This document shows positions 1 through 15,034 of a DNA stretch of 64,000 nt, one piece after another. A program made the position numbers and the translations under genes. The notes under the pieces were generated by a model. The model saw nothing but the letters and a program-made list of their open reading frames with translations, searched no databases and was not told the DNA's origin. Source of the DNA: Massalongia carnosa (lineage: Eukaryota). The first letter of the stretch is position 1. Every line of letters begins with the position of its first letter. The stretch is taken from assembly GCA_965645245.1 (NCBI GenBank), contig OZ287081.1:1426001-1490000 (forward strand). The letters are read 5' to 3'.

Positions 1-1196
1 CCTTTGGAAATATTTCCATCGTCCTCTCCCATGGCCTTGTTGATTATATTTACAGCCCTGGTGGCAAGTTCTCGGACTTCAGGCAGCGAAGCCCGATCTT
101 TTACACCTTGCACACCGGGCTTGAGTTTTGGCAAAAAGGTTCTCGCCTCAACAGGATCGTGGACAAGTTTTGTAAGATTTTCCACAACTACAACCGTCTG
201 TCTTAAAACCTCTTGCGAAGTGGATGGTGTATTCAGGGATCGTTCGAGGAGTGGTGTAAGTAGCGCCAGAACCGGAGATGTGACAATTGCAACGAATGTC
301 GTCTGCGATAAGGCATGGATAGCTTTTTGTAATGTATCGGTAGAAGGGTTTTGCATGGTCTTGATCAATAGAGGGATCCGAGGCGCAACGTCGTCGTTTG
401 ATAGTAGAGTCGTCAAAGATGTCATAGTCTTTAGCGCTTGCTTACCTACCTATATGAATGTTAGAAACAAATCTCTGCCTATGGAGAACGATCAGCTTAC
501 CTCCGCCTTCAAGTCGTGCATTCCAGCCTCAACAATTGGAATTAGCCCGGCCAGCTTCTTCCCCATTGATTCTCGCAGAAAATCTTTAAGTTTCTCCTCT
601 TCCTTACCCCCCATCCCTAACTTAGCTTTATCAGCCATTCTCTCGATAAGTTCATAAGCACCAACTGTTCCTTGCCATTTCCCCGATCTCTTCCCTAGAT
701 ATTGAGAGAGCGCCGGTAAAAAACCAACCACCATGCTCTCTGGCGAGAGGTTTACGAATAATGCATCCAAGGCATACTGCGCAGATTCCCTGACGACGGC
801 CCCTTTGTCTGCGAGTGCATCCAAGGCTGGCGCAATGACGCCACCATCTTGGACGAGGAAGATAACCTCGCTAACCGACTGCGATGGTGGGAACTTTTCA
901 AAGAGAGCACCTAAGAGAATCATGGCGCTCTCCCGTCTTGATCCATCCTTCTTGTCTGCCGCAGCCTTTTTAATCTCTTCCAAAACTCCATACCCCGGGA
1001 ACCCACGGAAGCCAACTGAGTTTAGAAGCAGATTTGTAAGGGCATATGCAGCATCTAGAGATGCTTGAGATGTTTGGGCTTTGAAGATTGTGTCCAGCAA
1101 AGAGCAGATTTCTTCACGTGTGGGAGCGACAGCTGAGGGGGTCGTGGATTTGGAAATCATGGCGAGAACGGGTAAAGGGGAGACGGGGTGTGGCAT
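1..1196 (-). CDS. NEW1: eEF3-like ABC-F ATPase (New1/Elf1 family), N-terminal HEAT region; gene continues beyond the left edge
   Basis: ORF 1196-501 has motifs such as KGAVVRESAQYALDAL, GKWQGTVGAY and LIPIVEAGMHDLKAEV. Intron 450-500 (GTAAGC..CTAAC..TAG) joins to VGKQALKTMT..NDDVAPRIPLLIKTM and VAIVTSPVLALLTPLLERSL, typical of the eEF3/New1 HEAT domain. Confidence 0.85.
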
Positions 1197-2404
1197 CCTC
1201 TGCCTTCCGATCGAGGAAGTCCTTATGTAAGCTCCCAGGTGATAAAATATTATACGATTCTAAAACTTTAGAGACTTTTTTAAGTGAGAGGAAAGTGGGC
1301 GTCTGGGGCTACTGAGGGGACGCAGCCTTTCGCAAGCAGCAAACAACGTGGTTTGAGGAAGGAGTGGAGCGGGGATTTTGGAGTTCGTAATGGAGGAGGG
1401 AAGACCAGCGACCCTTCAAGAAGATGATGAAGAAAGGGAAAGGGAAAGGGAAAGGGAAAGGAACGAGAAAGTATTATAAAATAGCCCACGGATTTTTGAC
1501 TTTGAGTGAGAATTTTCAAATTTCAGCTTTTGGTGCGGTCAGCAAAAAATCTTTGTCACCCTAAGATAAGATCAGAGTTTTGCACGTGGGTGTCATGTGA
1601 AAGTTTACACGTAGAGTTAACTATAGCTATACAAATCCTTATTTTGTAGCTATGTATTTTTTTGCAAGAAACCCACTGTCTGCAATTACAGCTATTCATA
1701 TACAACATCATCAGCTTTATTTATCAAGAACGCGAGAAAAAAAATTCTGGTAATCGAATTCCTCCTGTACCAATGCTTTAAAGTAGTTGAGTAATTTCTA
1801 GGTTTTATATGAGTTATAGCTCCAGCAGCGAATCCAGGTAGGATATCCTTATTTTATCGAACGTACAAGAAATAGGCCTTTGAAGCTTATTTATCGGCAA
1901 TTCCCCTTCTGCAAGATTCTAAAGAGGCGAATAGTTCCAAGCTGAAGTTCCAAGTTATGAAAGAGTAATAAAAGCCTGTCAACTTGATGAGTGGCATCTT
2001 CACGATGCTGCAGTTGTTCAAGTCCTTTAAATCTCCCATACATGATCTAGAATCATGGCAATCCTCCAGATAATTGACCACCTCACTTAGCGTATAGATA
2101 GCTTATGTATTATGATTAGGTTAATATGAGAACGTTGCATATGCTGTTCGATGAGGAGGCGAGATAGCGAGAATGGAAATGAACACGGCCCAGAGAAACA
2201 AGCTTGACAGAACAAGACTAGGTGCCTGGAGAAGGTGATCAATTCATGCCAGTCAGCGGCAGCCCACTACGATTCGCAATTCCACAGACACCACAATTTC
2301 TCTGTTGTGGGTATTTCGTAATATTTTGCTCGTATAGTTTTCCGGGAAGTCAATTAGGAGCTTGATAGATCGCGCTCACCTAAATTTAAAATATATCATG
2401 AATT

Positions 2405-4498
2405 TTAAAAGTCTGAGTATTGTGAAATGTTAGTCATTCGGAAGTATCATCGTGATAACAATATAGACGCGCGTTGGACCAACCTGATTCTGTGTTTCCC
2501 TCGCCCAAACCTTTGGTGGCGCTGCTCCCGCTCTGAATTGCTCCTAATATGCCATCAACATAGGCAGCACCACTCCACTTTTGATGGGTTAAGACATCAA
2601 CATTTAATTCCTTTTCCGGCCGTTGAACCAGGTTCACATAGGCCAGCATGCCGTCCTTCTTGAACGCTTCTGAGAGCTCCGCCGTAATTGTTGCAGTAGA
2701 ATGAAGCCCAGCTAGAGAAACTAATTGAAGAACAAATCTGGAAAGGGGAAAGACTCAATATGTGTCAGAACTTATAACTACAGAGGAATACTCACCCGTG
2801 TTTTGCAATATCCCAAATAAATGACTTAAGCGAGTTGCTGTCGAACCCATTCCCTAGCCAGTTGAATGAAGGGCTAAGATTGTAGACCAACTGCTTCTTA
2901 GGATATTCTGCTCTAATCTCTTTGGCAAAAGAAGCGGCATATGAAACAACAGGATTGGCGGTTTCAAGCCACAGAAGATCGGCGTAGGGTGCAAAGGCAA
3001 TCGCTCGTTTCGTTGCTGCTTTTATGCCAGCCTTATAGTGATAGAATCCTTCCCGAGTCCGTGGAATGTCCCATGAGAAGACCAATGGATTTATCGTGAT
3101 TTTTTCCGCTAGACTTCGACGTTTTGAGATAGACAAATCACAGTTTTTCTTTATTTGTTCGGTATACTCACCGATCTTGCTCGGTTGTGCTCCCTCTGCT
3201 TTAAGCTGATTTACTACCGCTAAAGATAAGTTAAGTGATTAGTTGGTGCGGTAGCTATGAGATTGGATTCACACCTTCGTCAAAGGTCATCAATTTATGC
3301 TTCTTGACCCAGTTGGACTCAAACTCATCTATCTCGATGGTAGTTGCGCCTTCAGACTCCATGGCTTGCAACGTCTCGGCTAGGGGTTCAACGTCTTCTT
3401 CAGCTATACCTAAAATAAACTCATGGTCTCGAGTATCAATAGTGTTACTCAGCAGTCTACCAGATTCCGAGTCCGTACGAGCAATCAGGAGATTCTCGCT
3501 GTCCATAAGATCCCATTGAAATCTTGCAGCTATCAAACGGTTGATGTGCTCTCCTATGGGTACTAGAACCTTGCCGGCTAGATGACCGCACTTCTTTCCC
3601 CCATGAAGTTGGTCTTCAAAATGTACTGCAGCAGCACCGTTCTCGGCAAACAATTTAGCAAGTTTCATGACCGCTGTTAAGCCACCATGTCTTAAAGAAT
3701 AGTCAGTCATAATAGAACACTTAGGAAGCTATTTGGTATACCCGGTGTCTCCATCTGCAATTATAGGTCTCATATAGTCAATGTAGGGAGCAGCCTGTCT
3801 TTCGCTCGAACTCATCTTCCGCCTAGCATCCCAGTGTTTTCGATCGTGAAGTTGCTGTGCTTTAAATAGCCGTTGGACTTGATTTGGGACGGTGTTGTAA
3901 GGATAGTCACCAAAATCAGGAGAGACCTCATTGGTGCTAGTAAGCACAGACGAGCAGGCCCATCCAGAAACATAAAGGGCTTCCTGGTGACGAGCTTGTT
4001 GGGTCATTTGCACTGGGTCAATGGCACCCACTGTCCAGTGTTCAGCTCTCTTATGCTTTACAGGCTGTCGGTTTGGGAGGACACACTAGTATGTACTGGC
4101 TGTCCTGATGCAGCCCTAGTCCTGAGCAGCTCGAAGAGTTTCCGTGCCATCATAGAACTAGGGTATGTCTGTTGTAGCGATCCTCTCTTACTAACCACAT
4201 CCTCTGGCGAGTATGGTCGTTTTATCCCTTCATATCTCGGAGATGCCCACCATTCCTTTACATTTTGCACCTGTTGGTTGAAGAGCGTGTCCTCGTTCAA
4301 ACCAGCCTTATCCTCTATGTCCAGTAACTGAAAGTTCTCTGATGACCAAATTTGTGATAACTTTGAACTCAATATGATGCAGCTTTGAGAGAATTCCCTA
4401 TAGGTAGACGTAGACCTCATTAAATTACTCCACATAAACACCGATGAGCTTTGTCTTGGTAGCTTTCTTGCAAATGTGCTAAACATTTTTTCTTGCAT
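2405..4498 (-). CDS. mclA: Mitochondrial 2-methylisocitrate lyase (ICL2/MclA type), 6 exons
   Basis: Isocitrate-lyase-family motifs DGDTGHGG, HFEDQ and KKCGHLAGK (L variant typical of fungal MCL rather than KKCGHM), plus LLWLET and [12 protein letters not shown]-terminus resembles a mitochondrial presequence. Introns 4031-4086, 3691-3741, 3220-3274, 2738-2795 and 2413-2483 give a continuous frame ending GEGNTESDF*. Start could be 4489. Confidence 0.92.
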
Positions 4499-4924
4499 TA
4501 ATGAAACACAGCCTCATCGATACAAAAATTCCACGAGAAATACAGAACGAGGAGCGGCTAAACTTGAGGGTGCAACGACTAGGAAGGCAGCTACAAATAT
4601 GGAGCGTACATTTTAGCGCAGGAAATAAATAACCTTTAAAATCTGACTACTTTCTTCATGTGTCATCAATGAAATAACACTGGCCATCAGTTCTGCTGTG
4701 GTCCAAGAAAGATTACCTCTGTGGGCACGAAAAGATGAGAATTAATATGCAAGCTAATGACGTTTTATGAATACGAATACGAAATCCGGGGAAGCCCTAA
4801 CACTTTAACACTTTACAGGATTGGATTCTGATTAGAGTGTTCGGGAAGAGCTATGTTTGGTTACTGGGAATCGTATGCTGGCTACGTAGATATTGGCTTT
4901 CAGACTCTTTAAAGCTAAAGCGTC
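4499..4924. promoter_or_regulatory. Bidirectional promoter shared by methylisocitrate lyase and methylcitrate synthase
   Basis: 426 bp between the two divergent start codons. Confidence 0.7.
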
Positions 4925-6577
4925 ATGGCGGTCACGGCTAGAGCTATTTGGAGAACCGGCTTACTCGTCTGTCGTCTCTTCAGGATATAATGTTCACTAA
5001 CTAACACCTGAGTCAATAGCACACCACCCTACAACCGTTCTATGCTTACCCTGCAAGATTCTATTCTTCAATCCCAGAGCTAGATCTTAAGGCAACTTTG
5101 AAGGAAATCATCCCTGTTAAGAGAGAATTACTCAAAAAAGTCAAGAGTCATGGAAACAAGGTCATTGGAGAGGTTAAAGTAGAACATGCAATTGGAGGAA
5201 TGCGGTGAGCACACTATTCTCTCTAGGACCTATCGAAGGCTCTGACGCCCATCGAAGAGGGTTAAAGGCAATGCTCTGGGAAGGCTCTGTTCTTGATGCA
5301 AATGAGGGCATCCGGTTCCACGGTAGGACAATCGAAGACTGCCAGCAAGTTCTTCCTAAAGGCACCTCGGGCACAGAGATGCTCCCTGAAGCCATGTTCT
5401 GGCTCCTCATAACCGGCCAAGTACCATCGACATCCCAAGTTCGCGGATTGTCCAAGGAGCTTGCCGAGAAATCGGCTCTTCCTAAATTCGTGGAGGATAT
5501 GCTTGACAGTTTTCCCACTGACCTACATCCGATGACTCAATTCGCGTGTGCAGTCTCGGCACTAAATCATACATCTGTGTTTGCCAAGGCATACGAGAAG
5601 GGCATCAACAAAGCAGAGTACTGGGAACCAACGTTTGATGACAGTTTGAGCCTCCTAGCGAAACTACCATCGATAGCGGCTAAAATCTATCAAAACTCTT
5701 ATCGAGGGGGAGGGCCTTTGCCTGCGAAGATTGATCTGCAACAGGACTGGTCATATAATTTTGCAGCAATGTTAGGTAAAGGTGGTAAAGAGAATGAGAG
5801 CTTTCAAGATCTGCTCCGCCTATACCTTGCCCTACATGGCGATCATGAAGGTGGAAACGTCTCAGCGCATACAACACACCTTGTGGGAAGCGCTCTGAGT
5901 GATCCGTTCCTAAGCTACAGCGCTGGTCTTCAAGGGCTTGCAGGTCCATTACATGGGCATTACTCCCCTCTATCCAAGCCATTGAAGACTCGGCTATGCT
6001 GACGCTGTTTATAGTTTAGCCGCTCAAGAGGTTCTCCGCTGGATCCTCAAAATGCAGTCTCAGATTGGAGCCTCTGCCACCGAGGGTAGTGTCAAAGACT
6101 ACCTCTGGAGCACCCTCAAATCCGGGCAAGTGGTGCCTGGATATGGACACGCCGTGCTGCGAAAACCAGATCCTCGCTTCAAAGCATTGATAGACTTTGC
6201 TTCATCCCGGCCTGAAATCGCAAAAGATCCACTCTTCCAGCTCGTCAAGAAGAACTCTGAGATTGCTCCTGGCGTACTGAAAGAGCATGGCAAAGTAAGT
6301 GAAGCCTCTTTTACAGTTCGCGAGTCTTTACTTTTGAGAACGTACTAATATTTCCCCTCCTCAGACCAAAAATCCTTATCCTAACGTTGACTCTTCATCC
6401 GGCGTGCTCTTTTACCATTACGGCTTTCACGAAACACTCTATTACACCGCTACCTTCGGCGTTAGCCGTGGGCTGGGCCCGCTCGCCCAGCTGGTCTGGG
6501 ATCGTGCCCTCGGCTTGCCGATTGAACGGCCAAAGAGCATCAATCTGGAAGGTTTACTCGCACTGGTTGAGGCTTGA
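4925..6577 (+). CDS. mcsA: 2-methylcitrate synthase, mitochondrial, 5 exons
   Basis: Citrate-synthase motifs [40 protein letters not shown] and [10 protein letters not shown]. Introns 4967-5019, 5205-5257, 5957-6014 (GC donor) and 6295-6364. Divergent from MCL. Confidence 0.92.
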
Positions 6578-9543
6578 ATCAGCCAGGTTATGTTTGCCAT
6601 GTCTTCATGTCAAAATTCGATGAAGTCTATTTGTAGCAGCAACCTCTTTCTCAGCCAAGAGAACTGACTAGTTTTAGCCAGCCTACAAAATCTCAAGGAG
6701 CGCCAGGGATGCATAATTCTTCGAGTTCCTATCTCTCATCTTCAAAATGTCCCTTACTCCGCCTTTCCGTGCTCAAACACTGATCGCGGATTTCATTAGG
6801 CTCGTCTATGGCTTAACTCCATCTACCTTTGCTCTCACCTATCAGCATAACTAACACCTCCACAGGTACTCTCCTTGTGAAGCTGGTACAAAATTGCTAC
6901 ACATCTAGATTTAACAATTTCATTGAAACTAAACACCTAGCAGCTATTCCTCATATCTCAAAATGTTCCTGCTCTACTTTTGGGCAGCAATTAGCTTTGG
7001 CTTTGTTTCCATATTATGAAGTTAGGCTTGATGGTGTTTGGTAGTCCCTCCAAGGATTTTTTCACAGCTTGAAAGCCTTCATCGCACTTCGCAACCCCCC
7101 ACAGGTATACCCTCACATTTTCTTTTGTTCATATCACCCCATGGTTGAAAAAAATTCTCTTGCTCAATTATTCAGTACAACTCCTCTAATAAAGGGTTCT
7201 TCTCGTATAAGAGAACATTGCACTCAAAGGTTGCCTTTTTGTACATAAAAGTTAGGCGTCTTATCATATCATAAAGATTTCTGACAGTCATCTTTCTTTA
7301 GTTATCTCACTTAATCGCCTTTGAACCAACAGCTTCGGAGTTGATATCTCAACCTAAATTGTATTCAGCTCAATCTGCTCTCTTGCTCATGATATAAAAC
7401 CTGCCAACTAGTTTGGTATACGAACAGCGATCACCAGCCGTAATCATCTCTAGGGCGCACCACCATGGATTGATGTTTATGTTGGATTACACTCACTAAG
7501 AAGAACCTTGGGAACCTCAAGCTAAATATAGTCAACCGTTTAAGCTGATACTGCAGAAGCGGTAGGCCTCATGAACACCTTAGTCATCTTCGTTTCAAAG
7601 TTTTCCATATCATGAAACATGAGGCCTGCATGAACATTACAAAACTCAAACTAAGAAAAACGACCTTGAATTATAAGAGTTCTCGACATTCTTGCAAACA
7701 ATCATTTGTTTTAGATGGGCCATTCAGCTACTCAACCCTATTCAAAATATAAATGTCTTGCGGTCTAGGCATTGCAGGGAAAACTCATATCGTCTCGCCA
7801 CCCTATTTTAACGATGTCTGTTACCGTCTAACGCTGCCCAATGGTACTTATACCCGTGAATCAGTACACTGGGCAGCTCTTGGTTGAACAATGATTGCCG
7901 ATCGCCTAGAGGGATAGATCAGCGATATTCCAGGACATGAACCCACTTAAAGAGAAGGACTTGTCCAATCCCAATCCCACATGACCCGCATAGAACCGGC
8001 CCCCCTCCAAAAACGCAAGCAAAAAGGTTGAACAAGCTGGCGACTCTTTGCTGACGGTCACATTTGTCAAGGTTGTTTCAGCTCTCATCGTGCTGCAATA
8101 CGCGAAAGTTGTTGGTCCGCTTAGGGAGCTGATAAGGATTAGGGGAGCGGTAACTTGCAGTAAACGACGCCGACAGTTATTGTGAAGATGATGTACATCA
8201 GAGGGAGATCATACCTCAGAAGAACCTTTAGACCCTTGAATAATAGCCGGTGCACAGTGTAAGGTTTTATTTCTAGCATGGCGATGCTAGTAGGGATATA
8301 CCTGGCAGGTTTGGTTTCCAGTCCATATCTTAAAGGTTCGTACAAGTTACAGCCAAAGCTGCAAAAAAAAGGAGACCTCTCGACCCGCATGAACGCAGCG
8401 AAGGAAATCAAAACTATCGTTGACCATCGGCCTCGTGTGCAGTTTTATTGAATTTTTGCTCATTCAGAGCCTCCAGCATCCGGAACGATCACTTGCTGAA
8501 CTGAGCGGGGCTATGTACACGCTCATGTTTTGTTCCTGGTGCAAGCTTTCCTCTTCCCTGAAAAGATGCAATAACAATTCCCCTGATCAAAGATTCTAGA
8601 TGTTTGCGTTTAGAACAGAAAGCATCAGTTGAAAATAGCGAGAAAATGGAGGTAAAGGGAGTCCTTTCCAGGGGATGAATAGCTAGCGTTATTATCACAC
8701 TTCTCGGTATATACTGCAGACGCGATGTCAAAAAGCGAATGCGATGCGAAGATATTCGTTTGCACTATATTGAAGGCGAGGGTATTATCCACGTTCACAA
8801 TGAGAAACGAAAAAAAACCCCCAATTCAACGTTAAGCAAGCACCAAAAAAACAAAAAAAGAAGCAATACATGAGCTCGCGGGCTCCATCTTATTTGCTGA
8901 TGGTCGAGCAACTCTCCCCTCGCCGCCGGCTTGCTGGCGCTCGGTTTTGCCCGATGGCCCCTCCTGTAATGGCTTTGCTTTAGCAGTAGTGAGGAGGAAA
9001 CCCCTCCCCGCCTTCCAACGTTACCTATGCGGCTGATTCAAGGCATGAGTGAGTGGGGAGAAGATCTTTTGGTGCTGAACTCTGAGTTAATGGTGATGAA
9101 AAGGAGGAGGAGGAGAGTGCCAGAAGACGATCTATTTTTTCTCCCCTTCTTGTCCGACTATTTGGACATCATCCACGGCCTGCCTTCACGGTCCCGGCAT
9201 TATCTTTCGCCTTAACCGAATTACTTATATGGAAAGACTGGTTAGTACGGCACAAACATCGGCACCGCCCCCAGGGTAATATAATCACCCAGTAGAACCA
9301 TGTCCCTTGACGAACAGATGATTTTACCCCGATAGATCCAGAATCTCAGAGAGCTTATATACATTTAATTTATCTAATTAACTAAACAATGAACCTATTA
9401 TATCCGCTCATACCATCTAACCAAACATGTTATTAGAGGAGCACAAACACCTGCGCAAATGATGCCCATAACACCAACCCTCCCCCTCGTTTTCAGAAAA
9501 CTCCCCCAAACAATTTTGCTCTCCCTACCCTGATCCGACCAAC

Positions 9544-12338
<2,795 letters not shown>

Positions 12339-12565
12339 CTAGATGAGAAACATGCAGCAACTATCGGCAGTGGTCAATGGGGGAAATATTTTTGTGTGGC
12401 AAGCCCGCCAAAAGGTCAATCGCGAATAATTGCTTGTTGATAGAAACCCTCGCTTGCTTTGGAAGGATTAGCCTGTCGCTAAGGTAGCGTCAGAACTAGT
12501 ATTCATCGGGTTAATGGAATAACCGCGCTCACCGGATTTACCGCGCCGATTTTCCGGACTATTCA

Positions 12566-12575
12566 CACGTGACTC
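12566..12575. promoter_or_regulatory. Overlapping CACGTG E-box and TGACTC (Gcn4/CpcA-type) site upstream of ARG5,6
   Basis: CACGTGACTC lies ~240 bp upstream of the ATG of an amino-acid biosynthesis gene. Confidence 0.45.
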
Positions 12576-13750
12576 TGTAGTGCTAACTTGTTAAGCGTGT
12601 TGCTTCATATTCATCCCATTCAATCCATTCATTCCATTCATCCCAAAACTCGACTTCAAATCATAGGAACGAATATTCCAAAAATCTACCGACTGATTAT
12701 TCCTTAGGTCCGGGCTTATCTTGTGTTTGGGACAAAGCTAAAAGGGAGATCCGTAGTACATTTGCTTAGCAAATTCTCTCTTAGGAAGTGGATTCTTTCA
12801 CCTCAACCCACGGTTCAATTTGACAGTCCTCAAATTCAAATATTAGCATTTCTCAAAGACAAAGCTATCTAATTACCAGTTTTATTCTATCCGTCTTCTA
12901 AGAGGAGTACGTCACGGTCCCTCAAATCACTTTTGGTCTTCATTCCAAGAAACAGATATGAGCAACCATGAGCAAACTTCAGCCTTTCCTGGGGGTAATT
13001 TGACCCTAGCTATTCAGGTGAAAACTAAGAAGAATTTCTTGGAGCGTCCTTTTCGTTGTTCACCCACAGCGTTTGAACGGATAAATCGCTCTGAAACTTT
13101 GCCCTCCCCTCACCTAATCTTGCGATTTCTGTCTGAATCTTCTTTGCAACCAGATGCCTTGGTCACTGAATTTTATGTGCAGTCGGGTATGGCGAGTTTT
13201 CCAAATAGGTAATTTTACCCTCGGACAAAAGAGGCTGATCAGCATGGAACCTGCGCCGCTTGATGTATATAAACTAAACTCTGGAGAGCGGGTGAGGTTA
13301 CGAGTCGAATGCATTATCGAGCCGAAAGTCCGAAACTTTCTCTACTTCGTACCAAGATTCCTTGATTCAAGAAAAGGAAGTCTTATGTCCGTCTTCAACA
13401 TTGGTATTGGAAGAGATCGACTCTTTCTTTCCGTTGCACGTTTCCAGCGTCCTGCAGCTTGAATGATATTGTTCTCCCGTCTTTAGCCAGACTCGTCAAT
13501 CTAGATGGACTATTCTTGATGGAAACACCGCATTCTTGCTATACCTGTTCAGTTGCCTTTGTCGATAACAATTAGTTTGTTTCAAATACTGTTCCGAAGA
13601 CGTTCCCGTCCCAACAACGCTAGAATTCTCGGAGATATCCCTCCTTGTGTCTGCGTTATATTCACGAACATATGTCCTTAATATGCTACTTTTGTTTGCT
13701 ACCTTTTTTTACAGAGCATAAACTGAATTATCTACCTTCTGTCTTTCGAA

Positions 13751-14796
13751 ATGCTCGCTACCCGGATCCTCTATTCCATACCGCTGTTTGCTGCTGTAGT
13801 AATCACAGTCATCGCTGGACCAGCGAAAATTAACTTGCAGCCTAAATATCTCTATTCCAAAAGAAACCCTGAGCAAGCACAGGTTGAAAATCTCCTCTCA
13901 CAAGGGATCATCACCGAATTTCTCAATTGCCGCTCTCCTCGCAGCCAGCGTGAATCTCTGCTATGTCAGCAAGCTAATCCAAACCCTCACAGTAACCCGA
14001 ATGTGGACCCCAGGAAAGACCCCGATGATATTACTACCCCTAGCTTTCGCGATCAGCATTGTGGCATCGGCTGTCCGTTGAATTGCCCATATGATAACGT
14101 ATGCCCATGTTATCAGTACTGCAGTGTAGCATCCTGCTTTGGAATCACTCCAAACGGCGTCTGTGTAAGCTTCTTGGATAGCTATCTCAATGACTGATAT
14201 GATTAGACGTGTCGATCAATGGCTTATGCATACATTTCGTTTCTAGGACGCAATCACTATCCAGAAATGTTCTGCTTACTGCACTCAATTTTGTGTAAGT
14301 GAGATACAATCATCAAACAAATAACGGATTAACAAGTTTTATTTTTCATTACAGAATCAAATAGCGGTCGACATCGCTCCAGCTGTAAGTATATGATCAA
14401 TTCTAGCAGTCATGAACGCTTCATTCCCTAAGCACCCTGCCTTTCAAGACTCTTGTTAGTTAGAGAGCAGTACTCCAACAATCTCATTGTATTAAAAAAC
14501 ACAACACACTGAACTTCCACCTCCCAATAAACAACTAATCAAAGAGCCAGGCCCCGGCATGTAAGCACTTCAAACACGGCCTACCCATACTCCCCCAAAC
14601 CCCCAATCCTGGCGATCGCTCTATGCCCCAAAGCGAAGGTCCTACCAGCCCCTCCTCGGATCTCGATCCACAAATCGACGCCTTCAACTCAGGGGTCCAA
14701 GCTCCCACAGTCGCCGCTGGGCACGACACCGCTCTGCTCCCCGAATATCCGTTCGACGAGTCTGGGGAGCTCTCGGGTGTCGACCGCGTTCGCTGA
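13751..14796 (+). CDS. Secreted cysteine-rich protein (effector-like), multi-exon
   Basis: Hydrophobic signal peptide and SKR (Kex2-type) site, followed by a Cys-dense domain. Phase-0 introns 14165-14246, 14295-14354 and 14385-14448. A probable further intron 14455-14544/14550 leads to a last exon ending TGA at 14796; the alternative is a stop at 14463. Confidence 0.7.
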
Positions 14797-15034
14797 ATAC
14801 GCTTAAGAGTGGGTGGCGGTTAGGTTTGTTAGGTGAATGGTCTCTTGGCGGCTGTAGTTATGGAGTTGTTGGGCTTAGGAGGTATTATTATGGGTGTGGA
14901 CGGTTAGCTATGGTATGCCTAGGATGAGTCAGGGGAGCTCTTGCGCTTGATGGGTTTGACTGCTGTTTATATGGAGTGAGCGGTTTTGTAATTTCTTTTT
15001 CCAAAAAAAAACACCAAAGAAAATACGGTAGATA

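Noticed and set aside
4..1068. Plus-strand ORFs opposite NEW1 (and similar antisense ORFs over ARG5,6, GWT1 and others)
   Set aside because: Shadow frames of real genes on the other strand.
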